Translations under genes and position numbers: made by a program | Shown here: in pieces, positions 25,073 to 38,277 of the stretch | Numbering within the stretch: the stretch's first letter is position 1 | Layout of the letters: every line of letters starts with the position of its first letter | Notes under the pieces: generated by a model | The model's database searches: none | Told to the model about the DNA's origin: nothing | Seen by the model: the letters and a program-made list of their open reading frames with translations, nothing else | Assembly: GCF_025526975.1 (NCBI RefSeq) | Contig: NW_026515692.1 | Span: forward strand, 310,001-374,000 | DNA length: 64,000 nt | Source: Fimicolochytrium jonesii | Lineage: Eukaryota | Direction: 5' to 3'

Positions 25073-27290
25073 ATGGAGAATGCAGATGCAGGTCCCAACA
25101 TCAAGGAGCTCGCCAAGGAGTCAGCCCTGAGGATTAAGGGCGTTGGGTTCCCCGGACTCCGTTGACGCTGTTGGCCCCACTGTTAGTTGCACTCGCACTC
25201 ACGGGCGTATTGCTACCGGTAAGCCCCCACCCAACCGCCTTCCGGATAATGCAAGCCCCAGCATCTGTTCTGACTGACCGGGCTGGATAAGAACACATCT
25301 GTTCTGAACGATGCGAGCCGAGATTCGACCGCGTACGTGTCGACTAGATTCATGGAGACTGTCTTGTCTAAGGTGCGGTGATCACGGTGACGGGTGATCT
25401 CAAAAAAGATGCATGCGATTGATGTAGAGTTTCATCATTTTGCAGACCAATGCCTCCATCGTATCCTCTGTGAGAGCGGTCGATCCGGCATTAGTCTGAC
25501 GACCAACAATCCCGATATCAAAGCGGCGTTTGTCGGAAGTATGCTATCACACACCTCTGTTGACCAACGTTCTCTCTCGGCTTACACTTGTTGAGGGGGG
25601 CCGTAGACTGGACCAACCTCCACCAATCCGCCGGCATCCCCACATTGTCCATGGTCCGAGAGTCGTTCAAGCTCGACTCCCTCGTCTGTCTGGCCGCAAA
25701 ATTCAAACCGGGATAGTGAGTTCCTACTGATTTCCCATTAACGCATGTGATTGGTCGCAACGATCGGCATTCCGACTGCTGTCGTAGCACCACCCTCCCG
25801 CCCAACATGACGAGCCCAAACACCCATATCGCCACCATGGTCTATGCGAGGCTTATCTTCCCCAACCACGTCCTCGCCTCGCAGGATCCAACAGCTTCCC
25901 TATGGATTCCACCTCGCTGTTAGATCTCCGCTTTCTATGACAAGACAAAAGGTTACCATCTGGCCTCCATCCTAGACCTCAACAGCAAGCCACATGTCTC
26001 TTTCTCGTCGAACGGCGTTATTATATGCGAGTGGTGATACCACCCCACCTTTGCGACTGTATATGTGCTGTAGATCAGACCAGGGCGCGGATGCACGTGT
26101 TGGACCCCCAACAGTGAGTTCAGTTCCAATCGCCTACCCAAGAAACGCACAGGGGTCATTGTTCCGTTGGTTAAACGGATTGCATATGTAGCACGAGAAC
26201 CCGTGAGCTCACCGATCCCCCAACCCTTCGACGGCCGCGTTCCGAGGGGGGGCCCAGCAATCCATGGGATAGTACCCACCTGAGCTGATTCCGCGCGGCG
26301 TTGCTTTTGGTGGTGAGTGTCGTATCACGGATATACACGGGCAAAGCGGGGTATCAAGTGACGTCTTTGAACTCCGGTAGTGAATACACAGGGAACGCAA
26401 AGCACAGGATACACGACATTGGCCAAGTTCGACGGCGCCAACACCACGCCGATCTTCGCTTGCTTGGGCAGGTTTCCGGGGTGGACACCTCATGGATCCA
26501 CATCTTGATATCCGCCAAACCGACTTCCGACAGCGGTGGGTGGCACACGACGTTCGGCTGTGTGGATAACGAATCGAGATCAAGTGTTTACTAGTTTAGT
26601 GTGGATTGCAGTCGTTGCAATGTTCTCGAACGATCCAACCCAAGCCAGGCCAATTCGTTACCCTGGGCAGCAGCAGCACCATCCTCGTAAACAGCACCGT
26701 GGACCCCTCGACGGGCATGCTAGTGGGCGAGTACCACCGAGGATCCGCGGACCGTCGATCTGCGTGCGAAGCTGGTGGAGAAATTCGGGACGGTGCCGGC
26801 CGCACTCACGGCAGTTTGAGCTTGACCTTGCTGGACAGCGATGGGTGAGCATTCCGACGAAGCGCGAACTGAAAAGGCTGCTGGAAGTTGTTGACCAGAT
26901 TGTCACCCCACACACAGATTATCAACATGGGCGGGACGCCGATCAGCACCATCGACACATACCTCGTGGTCGTTGGGGTTCCGCGGACCGAGGTCAGCCA
27001 TGATCTTCTTCCCCAGCCCCTCATAAATCGGGCGTTTCCGCGAGGGGACGGTCACTGAACCCAGCACGTGCACGAATGTTTTCCCCAGATTTACAGCCGC
27101 CACCCGCCGCAGCCGAGCCATCGCCGCCGGTATCAGCGTAGGAATGAGCATCGCGGTCGCCGGGATCTTCGTCCTCGCCGTCCTTCCTCTCCGCGGTCTC
27201 GCGCGCCAGATGCAACAGCTCATCCAGCTCAATTTCGACACATTGGAATCGTCCGGCGCATTGGACAAACGGTCGTGGATATGCGAGGTA
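25073..27290 (+). pseudogene. Pseudogene of a TM-Cache-like-TM-HAMP membrane receptor (paralog of 58699-61071)
   Basis: MENADAGPNIKELAKES...[frameshift near 25158]PLTLLAPLLVALALTGVLLP| and NTSVLNDAS... match the 58699 gene with the same intron positions. The C-terminal AVLPLRGLARQMQQLIQLNFDTLESSGALDKRSWICE| matches AVLPLFSLAQQMEGLTKLDFGTLESSGALDRRSWVWE|. A second frameshift/deletion lies near 27095; no recognisable last exons. Confidence 0.75.
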
Positions 27291-30200
27291 CGCCATGGGG
27301 GTTCTGTTCACTTTGCCTACCTCTTTCAAAAACAGGACCGAGAGCTGACCCCCCGAGAGTTTTACGTTCATTCGAAGTCATGTGAACCGTGAAGTGGTCA
27401 GCTATGGGTGGATGTGTAGATGCCGAGCCGACGATCCTGGCCATGTGGGCCGGGCTTTATGAGAGCCTTCCTTTACCTCTCCTGTTAAATGTCTCCGTGT
27501 GGAGGCGAGTTTTACGGTTGGGCCCAACGATCATACGGAACAGCAGGTCGCACAGAAAGGAATGTCCAGCACGCCTCCTCACTATTCGGGGGATGCAGGG
27601 AAGCAACATGGCGAAGACCGTACAAACGAGGAAGGCCGAACTGCATGCCGCAGCACCGCTGCACTACATGTACAATGAGACAGTTTCACCCCTGACCGCC
27701 ATTTTCCGTGACCCCTTCCACATGACTTGCATATCGTCCCATTCTGAGGAAGTCCTCAAGGGAATGAAGCAACAAGAAATCTAGATCTACCAATGTGCCG
27801 TATTTCAACAGCGTAACGGCCGAGATGCTTTCAGACTAGTTGCCCAGAGGTTGCCAGCACACCGGGTGATTGCACCGTCAAATGAACTACCGGCACCCGG
27901 ACCCATCCGACCGCCATTGGCGCCGTCTGCCGAGCTTTATCAGCAACTCTGTCAATGGCCAGGCCCCACATGGGTGGGCAAGTGAATCTGTAACCATGTT
28001 GCTGGGAACAGAAATTGCCGGGCTAGATTCATGAGCAAGTGAGTCGTCCTATGTCTCGAAGGAAACGACGGCGAGAATCAGGAAGAAATGTTATGATTCA
28101 TTGATTGCAAGTGTTTGTAGTTTCTGCATATGCTATTTACACTCGACAGTAAGTGATGCCGGCGCAGCAGATTCGACAGCGCGAACCGACAGCGAGACGG
28201 GGAGCGCAGCCGTGCGGCATTTTTTGTGACATTGGGACCCGTCTTACGCGGGAAGCTGAGCACCTCTATCCCAATAACCCCCACTAGATGTGCGTATGTA
28301 GGACGGGAAGTGGACGCATGAGCCTCTGCGTGTGTGGCTTCCAGTTGACAAACCCGCGTTGGTGTTAGGACCCGGGGCATTTAAGGAGGAGGGTCTTTGC
28401 TCCTCTTCCCCGGATTTCTTTTTACTTCCGATTTTCGGATCGACTACTTCGTTGCTCCTCCATGGTCTCGAAGATAAACCGGACCCGCAAGCAAATGCTC
28501 CCACAAAAGAGATTCCCCGCCGCCACTGAGGGGTTCGTGGGTTCGTGGTGAGGCAAAACAGGTCGACGGACGGAATACATCCTTCTTCATCGCACTGCGT
28601 GGATCGCAGACATGGATATGAGGCCTTTCACATAGAATCGGGTCACTCAAAGGTGTCGTACGACTCCTCGCCAGGAAACATGCGACCGCCGCCGCATGTT
28701 GCGCCTTTCTATCCACGGCGGGCGTGCGAGCAGACTGGGAATCGGACATTCGATCATGGGCTCCGGGGAATTCGGACACCGCGTACAGTACATACGTAAG
28801 ACGCGTTCTTTCCAAGACGCGTAAACGAAAAGCTCTCCGACGACTTATCAATCTCTACTCTTTCTCGACAACGCAAAGGGCTCCCTGGGCAGCGGCAAAC
28901 ACATACCTGGTTGCGCGGGCGGAGTCAACACGAAGCGCACCGAGACCTTGCATATCGCTGAATCTGGACCGGATGTTCTCCGTAAGCTGGGTCCTGGGCG
29001 AGTGCTTTGAAAAACTGCGATGTATCTCCGGTCAACATGGCCTACGCTCGTCAAACGGCCATACTGGGCGCCCGGAAATCGACCCGCAGTAGCAAATCAG
29101 CGCGCCTCTGCAGCTGTTTTGCGATCCGTTAAAAGGGCGCTCCGGAAACCGATGTAGGGTTCAATCCGAGGAAACCACCATTGCGGGACAAGCGCGGAGT
29201 GCGCTCGGGTTTACTCGCAACGCAACCCCGTGACGTATTGCCAGCGTGGAATCACCCGACATGTGGGGCGCGCACAAGAAAGCGTGGAGTGGGGATACTC
29301 GCGGCAATACGTCCCATCGGATGCTCGCATACCTATCCCGCCGCCAGAGTTACGTGGACTGGCCTGGTACGTTGCCTCACCTTTTCTTCTCAAAAAGCTC
29401 CGCAAAGCCTTTCCAGAAGAGTTCGGATAGGCATGGCACCGTGGGATGTCTCATGGATGCGCGGATGTGCAGGAGAGCGTCCACCGCTACATAATGGACC
29501 TATCTGACGTCCGCCGGGCAGATGTGGGAAGCGCGAGTCGGAGTTGGAAAGGCGCGTGCAGCCAAAACACGCGTTAGATCATACGCGTTCGGAGGTTCGG
29601 CCAAGGCCATCCTGTGTGCTCTGGACGAGAAACGTAGTCCTCTAGAGTCTATGGACGAGGAGGAGGTTGCTTAGTAACCTCCGAACGGAGTCCATTCAGT
29701 GCAGTGAGAATACACAACACCTTCTCTCGAAAGTCGAGCGCCATTGTCGCCTGGAGGACATGGCCACCTGTCAAGTTCACTCCGTTACGAAATGGAGGAA
29801 CTTTTACAAGATGGAGGAAGGGTCCCGCCAGCATCGTTTTGTCCCACGCGGCTCGTGCAGAGCTTCGTCGCGCTGGCGAACCACGAACAAGTTCACTGAA
29901 CGATGTCAATACCAAGCACCAAGACTGCGACGGGACTGTGTCTCACTGTCGGCCGGGTGCGGTCTCCTCAACTTGCCGTCCGTGTGCCGTCCCGTTGGTC
30001 ATTCCCTGCACATCTCCTCGCACATCTACTGTACGCCCTCCAGGAATGAGAAAACGTGCAAATACCCAACATGTCGAACAGGAGCTTGGATTAAGTAATA
30101 AGCCGTCGGGATTATTTAAGGCCCTCAAACCCGGCCCATTGAGGCATCAAACGCCGGGTGTGGACCGCATGTGCGGAATGTCGAGCGTATTCGTCGCTGG

Positions 30201-31243
30201 CAGAAGGTACAGCGCGGGATATAGTACACATCAGAACGTAGCGAAACCTTGAACCCGGCGACATTGCACCATGGATGTGTCATTCCCACCCATGCAAATC
30301 GTTCATTTTTCCTAACATCATCCATCCCCATGGATTTAGTTCGTCTGATGAAGACGGCACCCCGGCAGTAGATATCTGATTGCATGGACAGGACGTTCAG
30401 AGGATGGAGGTGCACGCATCAGACGGGTGTAGATGCGGCATACTAGCACTGCATGAAAACAATCCGGTGGGATGCAACGGCTCGCAAAACATGTGAGTGG
30501 GCTGTGCCTAGCGACCTCATCCAGGAGGCGGCCCACATCTGACCAGTAACCAACGAGAGTGGCTTACCGTCGCCGCACGGCGACGGGGATATCTACTTGA
30601 TGTCCCCAAACCGTTCCGGCGTCGATGATGAGCAACGTAGCTGATTATCCCCTGCCGCATGCGGGCCCCTTCTCATGCGTTGCGCGATCTATGCGCTCTC
30701 GGCCCCAGCTTGTCCGTATCCTATTAGCACATGAACACCAACGCATGGCGTCCGTACGACTTTTGTTGTTCTTGGCAACCTTTTTTGCAGGCGTTCGGTG
30801 GCCCATACGCAACCCTCCAATCTCATCCCGCGCGGTTACATCGCTCCTACAGTACGTCAGCCCCCCAAAAAAACCAGCAAACATCTTTCAAAAGAGACCT
30901 CTGCATTTTTCTTTCAAGAAAACACTTAACAAAAAAAAAGAAGAAGGCGACAAAAAGGGCAAAAAAAAAACACAAAAGGTTTAACAAAAACCCCGCTCCA
31001 CTCTCCCTTCCTCCATCGTCAGGGGGGGGGGGGGGGGGGCGGGAGCGAGGCGGGTGTAACGATGAATACAAAAATGCGAGACGGGGGGGGTGGGTGGGTG
31101 GGTGGTTCATGTTCATCCCAAGGAGGAGGTGGTGGTGTCCCCATCTATATAATCTCTCACTCACTCCCCGCGTGCCCCCTCTCAGCCCTCCCAATCTTCC
31201 TCTGGAAGTTTGGAAACCCGGGATGACGAAATTTTTTTTTGTC

Positions 31244-33269
31244 TCAGTCATTCAAGGTAGGCCGCTCGATCTTCACCGGCACAAACGTATCCAGCTCGAT
31301 ACCGCGGGCGCGCAGCGCGGCCTCCGCGTGGGGCGGGACCAGTGCGCGGTTCAAGTCCGGCTGGATCGACAATTCTAAAGATTGCAAAAAAAAAACAAAT
31401 TCGCAAATTCAGCCATCGCAAAAAATAATTCCCCCGGTCACATATCACCGAACGCCCCACAAGGAGAGTGTGTGATGGGACTCACCCATGGGACTGAAAT
31501 CAAACAGCTGGGGTAACTCCTTCCCGTTGGGCATGCGCGTGTTCGGATCACGCAGCTCGTCAAAGAAGTTGTGGGCGAGGGCTTCGATGGCGGTGAGGCG
31601 GTTCAGGGGCGTGTATTCGAGGAGCTTGGCGATCAGGTCGAGGGATTCGGGGGTGGTAGGTTTTGCGCGGAAGGTCTGCGGGGGTAGGATGGGCGATAGC
31701 GATGGCCGCCAAAATATCGTCAGTTGTTGATTGGGGAAGGGTGATACCCCCCACGCGAAGGGGACGATGGAAAGTAAAATGTACGAGACACTCCCCGCGG
31801 GGATAGATCGAAAAAAGGACAGGACGGGAGGTGTGTGAGTTCCGCACGCACCTTTTGCCACGGACTAGCCTTAATCTGCGGAAACTTATAATCGGTGTAG
31901 TTGCGGTTCATGCTCTTGATCTGCTCGCGGGTCGGGGTGCCGAGGACTTTGATGATTTCTACGAGTTGGTCGACGCCCGATTCGCCGGGGAAGATGGGCG
32001 CGCCGAGCATTAGTTCGGCCATTACGCAGCCTGTGGACCATATATCTGAAAGTTCATAATGGGAGTGAGTATACATTTGGCGGGAACAGAGTCAGCGGAT
32101 GGAGATATTTTTGACGAGGGGTGTTCATGAAGGAGGTGTGGGGAGCTTAGCGGACGGTGGGGGTTTTTTTTACGTACCGATGCTAACAGAATAATCCGTC
32201 GCGCCAAAAATAAGCTCAGGTGCGCGGTAATACCTCGAGCAGATGTACGACACGTTCGGCTCGTCCTTGACCAGGATCTTGGCCGAGCCGAAATCGCACA
32301 GCTTCAGGACGCCTGAGTGTGGGTCTAGGAGCTGCAAAAGAAATAGGGGGTCATAGACCAAGTTAGCAGGTGCACGATGATGAGACACAGGGAGAGAGAG
32401 GGAACGATAATGAGACGAGACTTACCAGATTCTGAGGCTTAATATCACGATGACAAACCCCCAAGCAATGGATATACGCCAGCGATCTGAACAGCTGGTA
32501 CATATACAACTACGAAAAAATCCAATCCCTATCAGTATCACTCCGCTAAACTGAACCTTCCCCCATGGCGACTTTTTGACGCACCTTAATAAGCAACATG
32601 GGCATAGTCTGCTTGGCCTTGGAATGGTGTCTGGAGGCCTTGTATATCGTCTCGGGGATATACTCTAAGGTGAGGTTAAGGAACAGCTCGTCCTTTTTGT
32701 CGCCGTTGGAGTAGAAGAAGGCCTTGAGGGAGCAGATGTTGCGGTGGTCGAGGAGACGCATGATTTGGAGTTCGCGGTTCTAATAAATGAAGAGAGTCGT
32801 CGGGTTTAATCGGGGTGTTGGGCGGCGAACAGAAGACATACACACAAACAGGCGAAAAACAAAAAACACCCTTCGCAAAACCAAAATTAAGTTGCCGGAA
32901 ACATACCTTAAACCTCTTATCCTGCAAAACCTTCTTAATAGCAACCTGTTCCCGTCCCGGAAGCAGCTGCGCCTGAAACACGACCCCAAACGATCCATTC
33001 CCAATCACCTTATACCCCGTATACTGCAGCTCGATGCTCTCCCCCGTACGTCCATCATTAGCGGGTACACTGATGATCTTTGTCGAGTCGGGTTCGTTCA
33101 TCAGGTGCACGCCGTTGATGACCGGGCCGGAGGTCGAGGATGTGGAGGGGGCGGTGGAGGACGGTGCCGCGGCGGTCGAGGATGTGCTGGGGGGAGGCAC
33201 GGATTTGATGCTGCCGGGGTCCCCGAGGGCGCCGACAAGGTTGCGTGGGAGGTTTTTTTTGGTGGACAT
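31244..33269 (-). CDS. GSK3: Glycogen synthase kinase-3 (GSK-3/Rim11/shaggy family), multi-exon
   Basis: [105 protein letters not shown]; last exon ends ...IERPTLND* at 31244. Confidence 0.97.
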
Positions 33270-35429
33270 GGTATGCGCGGACTGTTTCTTTTGAGGCAGT
33301 TATCCCCAAAAAAGTTGATAGCGCGTAGGTGACAAAGAATCGACTGGTACTGTCAAATCAACCGTTGTGGCGGGGCGGGGTATATGGGCGTTATAAATTA
33401 CGCTTCGGGTAGGGTCGGTGGGTGTACAGTCGCCGGCGACAGAACAGAAGAGAAGCGAGCGGATAATGGGAAATCGAGCACCGAGGGTGTTTATTCCGTC
33501 TGTCACGCTTTGGGGAGCAAAATTGGTGTCACTCAGTAGTGAACCCAAGAAAAGTTTGTTCGTTTTTTTTGTCCGCCAGGGATATTCCAAAAAAGAAAAC
33601 GTCGGATAGGGGTGTGGGGCGGAAGGGATGGAGGATTGGGCGATATCCGTTGCAAGATGTTCGTCGGGGGCTTGGAAATCGAGATTCGCGCGTTCGGTGA
33701 TTTGAGATTTTCGGGGTCGTCGGAGATTTCGCAATCTTCTGTGGTAAGGATAGACGGGGTTTGGGCCAAAAACGAGGATATTGCTCGGGACGAGTGGGGA
33801 GTGTTTCCTCGTCGATGTGATTTGGGGCGGTGGGGGGTATCTTGTACGCGTGCGAGAATCAACACGGGGAAGCGAGGCCAAACTCCGGGTGTTTGCTGCT
33901 GCTCGTTGCCGGAGGGTTGTTGGGTGGGATAGGGCAGGCGCAGACGGACCCTCACGCACTAGGTACGCTTGCGAGTTGGCGAAGGGGGGTTGGGGGAAGG
34001 GAAGGGGAGTTGTGGTTGGCGATGAGCAGGCAGCAGTTGGGGGGGTGTTCTGGCCTGGGCCTTCGAGGGGGTTTGGGTGGAGTGACGCGCGCGCACGGCG
34101 ATTGCTGCGAGAGGGGAGACTAAGAGTAATTAGCGGTGCTTGTGGGGTCACCAAATACTTATGCGAATACGAAGCTCAAACTTGAAAGTAACATAACGCC
34201 AACAACTCTCACGGAAGTAAATAGGCACCCAACGTAACTAACCCACTGGCTGTCACTCACCTCTGTAACGTACGTGGTCTCTACACGACCGCCAAAGTGA
34301 ATGGCCCGTGTTCAAGTCGGTTCCGTCGGAGTGTGAATTGCAATTCCGAAGTGGTACAGTTCCCCGACGATGCACTCAGTCACTCTCGGGCACGCAAGTC
34401 CCAACCAACGCCAGTGGCCGCAGTCGCAGTCCGTTCGTGCAGAGTGTTGTGAAGAGAAAAAAACCGTATGCTGACGAAAGCCGGTGCAGGGTGTCCAACT
34501 GTCGTGTCACGCTTGCTAAGGTAAGGTAACGTGAGGGTAACGTCGAGCGGTTCTGTGCCGGCGAGCGGTTCCTCTCCCAATACGAAGGTGCTGGTGGAAA
34601 CAGCGAGGGGGCAAAAGAAGGCGCTCTGGGAATGGTGTGGGAAGGGGATTTGGGGGATGTTTATGTGTGTTCGTTGTCTTGCGTATTGTTGGCCCAGATA
34701 TCTCCCACTGCCGATCACTTCCAAGAAACGTGTCCCAGCGCGCGCGTAAGAGGGGAAATACTGTACATACGCAGACACCCTGGTCTATACTGCGACAGTG
34801 CCCGTCAACCGGCAGGTCTCCAATGCACTCCGATAGCCTTCTCAACCCAAAAATATTGGATATTGGGTTATTCGAAATAGGAGGGGCACTGGACTTTCTG
34901 CGGGTGTCTTGACATCATTAACGAACCGCTTCCCGCGCATACGCTCCCGTTTACACTTTTTTTGCCCGTGAATCAAATCGATCGCTGTGGAAACTGTTCA
35001 CTCGGGCCTACCCGCGCCATTGCCCCGGCGACCCCTTGAGTGAATTTAGATCGAGCTTCTTGTTTTTTCTTTCACCCCAATTGAAATTGATATTGTAATT
35101 GTTTGACGTGCACTTTTGAAATTGACGTTGGCCTTGACGTGCACGGGGGGTCATCAAGCATGGATGATTGATCCAGCGACGTTCCAAGCCCAGACAGAGT
35201 CTGACAGACATGCCCGCAAGCGGCATCACGTCGACTCCACAGGATATCCGTCAGCGCCCCAGTTGACATGCCCATAAGAAAGCCAGGGTGTCCTAACCCT
35301 AACCCTTTTCTGAGATTTCCGTAGTACTGTGATGGCGCGTATGTTGCTCGTGTGACGCGGTCCAAAAGGGAGTCGCATCACATTGGCCACAACAAGAATA
35401 AGAGCGGCCAAATGGGATTCATTCTGGAG

Positions 35430-35468
35430 GAGTCACAGTGACTCATGGGAGTGACTCACAGTGACTCC
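35430..35468. promoter_or_regulatory. Cluster of AP-1/Gcn4-type TGACTC(A) sites upstream of Pol kappa
   Basis: GAGTCACAGTGACTCATGGGAGTGACTCACAGTGACTCC: two TGACTCA, one TGACTCC and one inverted GAGTCA, about 100-135 nt before the ATG at 35566. Confidence 0.45.
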
Positions 35469-35565
35469 TCCGCCCATGTCCCCCTGCGCCTGCGGGAGTG
35501 TTTGCGCTGCTCAATTTGAACTGGGCGAGCCCCAGCGCACGAGGATAATACGGTAACAGGTAATA

Positions 35566-38277
35566 ATGGCACTCCACCCACCACCACCAGCAACGGCCAC
35601 CCCTATTCCCACCCACAGCACTGACTACGAGACAACCCACTTCCGTAGCGAGCCCAACTACCTCCACCTAAAAGAGCACTGCCGCGACCACCCCTTGGAC
35701 TTTGACGCGCCGGAACTCGGAAGCGAACATGAGGCCACCCACAACGACTACGAGGAGGAGTACAAGGACGACGCCAACGAGGTGCAAATGGACGACGCGG
35801 GTCGCTACATGGCCGAAGAGGAGTATATGCAGAGCGACGGGCGGATAGACTGTGATGTGATGGAGGAGGATGTGCGGTGGGAGCGACATGGGGATGGGCA
35901 TGGCGACATCTTGGCGAATGGCGTTAACGGCGAGCCCTCCGCATCACATACGATGGTGGTAGACGATACCCATACGATATCCATCAACGACACGGGAAGG
36001 CATATGCAACAGAGAGACGGGGCGATACGGAACCAGCAGAACGACCAGGAGAAGGAAAAGCAGTCCGAAGACAATGTGAAAGCCCGGTTGCTGATCAACC
36101 CCAACAAGGCTGGAACGCAGCATGTGGACAAGGAGCGGATACAGGAGATTATCTATGAGGCTTCAAAGGTATTATCGTAGAGGGTGTTGGCGATTTGGAA
36201 AGTGATTGCTGGATACATTGATGGACCCACGAACCAAATCTTCCCGCAGGGCACACCCTTCTTTTTGGACCAACAACGCCGCGACGCCCTCCTCACCTCC
36301 AAAATAACCCACTACACCCGTCTCGCAACTCACATCCGCTCCCTCCCCTCCCTCACCCGCGAACAATCTTACATCGCCTCCTACACCTCCACCCTCCTCT
36401 CTGCCGCCGCCCTCCAACCCCCGCGAACAATCGTCTGCGTCGACATGGACGCCTTCTACGCCTCGGTAGAGGAACTCGACCAACCCCACCTCAAACACTT
36501 ACCCATGGCCGTCGGCAGCATCGGCATGCTGACAACGGCGAATTACGAGGCCCGCAAATACGGCGTTCGGTCCGCTATGCCAGGATACATCGCCCGTAAA
36601 CTCTGTCCCCGGTTGGTCATCGTCAAACCGAGCTTTGAGAAATATACCCGCGTAAGCACCGTCGTCCGCCAAGTCTTTGCGAAATACGACCCACACTTTG
36701 TATCCATGTCCCTCGACGAAGCCACCCTCGACCTCACGCCTTACCTCACCGCCCATCCTACTCAAACACCCTCGGAAATCGTCCAACAGCTCCGAACCGA
36801 TATATTCACAACAACAGGCCTAACAGCCTCCGCCGGAATCGCCCCGACAAAACCCCTCGCGAAAGTCTGCTCGGACCTCAATAAACCCAACGGGCAGTAC
36901 GTCCTCACACCCGCCGCCGTCCCAGCTTTCGTCGAATCCCTTCAGATCAGAAAAGTACCGGGGATCGGGAGAGTGAATGAACGGATATTGAACGCACTGG
37001 GGATCCGCACGTGTGGGGAGATGAGGAGGGAGTTGGTGTTGATATATAAGCTGTTTTCGCCCATTTTCTTTGCGTTCTGCGCACGGACGGCGCTTGGGTT
37101 GCCGCCATCACCCGCTCCATCGGATGGCGAGAACGCAGGGGAGCGGAAGAGTATTGGAGTGGAACGCACCTTTGCGCCGATCGCAACCCGCGAGGAGATG
37201 TATGCCAAGATCGGGCATCTGGCGAGCCTGCTGGAGGAGGATCTGCGCCAGGCCAACAGGAAAGGGCTGCGTGTCACACTCAAGTTGAAAAGCGCCGACT
37301 TCAGATCCTGGAGTCGGGCAAAGACTCTGGAACGCTTTGTATGGAAACGCGGGGACATCGAACGTGTTGCGAGGGGGTTGTTGGATCGGGAGTGGGAGGC
37401 GATGATGAAGGGGGGAGGAGGAATGAAGTTGAGGTTGATGGGGCTGAGCATGTCGAAACTGGCTGTACGGTCGCTCCATCCCGGGCCTGCCGAGTCGTCG
37501 CCGCACGGAGCCGATGAACAGGCCGAAGGGCGGGAGGGAGATGAGGAGCAGGGAGAGAGCGGGGTGATCAACCGCGCGGTGGGACGGACGACGGCGGGCT
37601 TCTTTGCGCCCATCATACGTGACGCCGACGCGGAACGGAAACGGGAACGCGAGTTTGGGATCGTCAAGTTCCTGGTGCTCGATTCCGAGGTCGACCCACA
37701 TGGAGGTCCGGCGGCCAGACACGGGGATCCTGACGACGACCACGACGACGACGACGCAGCGGAGAACACCACCCGCAACAAAAAACGTAAGTTGGACGCT
37801 GACGAAAACGGAGACTCTGCCACCCACCCGACGTGTCCGGTCTGCGGGAAAGTCTTCCTGTTCCGTGGCCTAAGCAACGGCAAGGGCATGGAAGCACCGG
37901 ATGGGGTTGAGAAAGGCGACGAGGCGGCCGAACGCGCGATGAACGAGCATGTCGGGCGGTGTCTGGACGAGTCGCTCGGTAACCCAAACCATACCCACGA
38001 CCCGCCGTTGAACCCTGATAACCTCGACCCGGTCCCACCCGCGACGAATCCCTCCGCAACCGCTGCAGCGAACCAACCCGAACGCACAGGCATCCGCAAA
38101 TGGGTCGTGTCCACCCCCGCCGCCCCGACGTCGAATACGTCCCCGGCAACACCATCACAGCAGAGCGGGAACGAGGCCACGTCGACATGCCCCGTCTGCG
38201 CCCACCCCTTCCCGGACCCGCGCAACCTGGCGGCGGTGAACGCGCATCTGGATCGCTGTTTGTCCGCGTATACGTGA
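35566..38277 (+). CDS. POLK: DNA polymerase kappa (Y-family, DinB) with two C-terminal UBZ zinc fingers
   Basis: Exons 35566-36168 and 36250-38277. N-clasp NKAG...IQEIIYEASK|GTPFF, IVCVDMDAFYASVE, TANYEARKYGVRSAMPG, SLDEATLDLT, TASAGIAP..LAKVCSDLNKPNGQ, RKSIGVERTF; CPVC...NEHVGRC and CPVC...NAHLDRC. Confidence 0.96.

Noticed and set aside
27400..30800. Coding-like fragments suggesting a decayed gene or transposon
   Set aside because: No motif I can assign; needs a translated homology search.
33300..34154. 284-aa ORF upstream of GSK3
   Set aside because: Non-AUG start, C-rich and low in information, no domain; probably 5'UTR or intron.
35292..35306. Telomere-like CCTAACCCTAACCCT (also TTAGGGTTT near 4427 and AACCCTAAA near 62132)
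   Set aside because: Only 1-2 units; chance or at most telo-box motifs, not telomeres.
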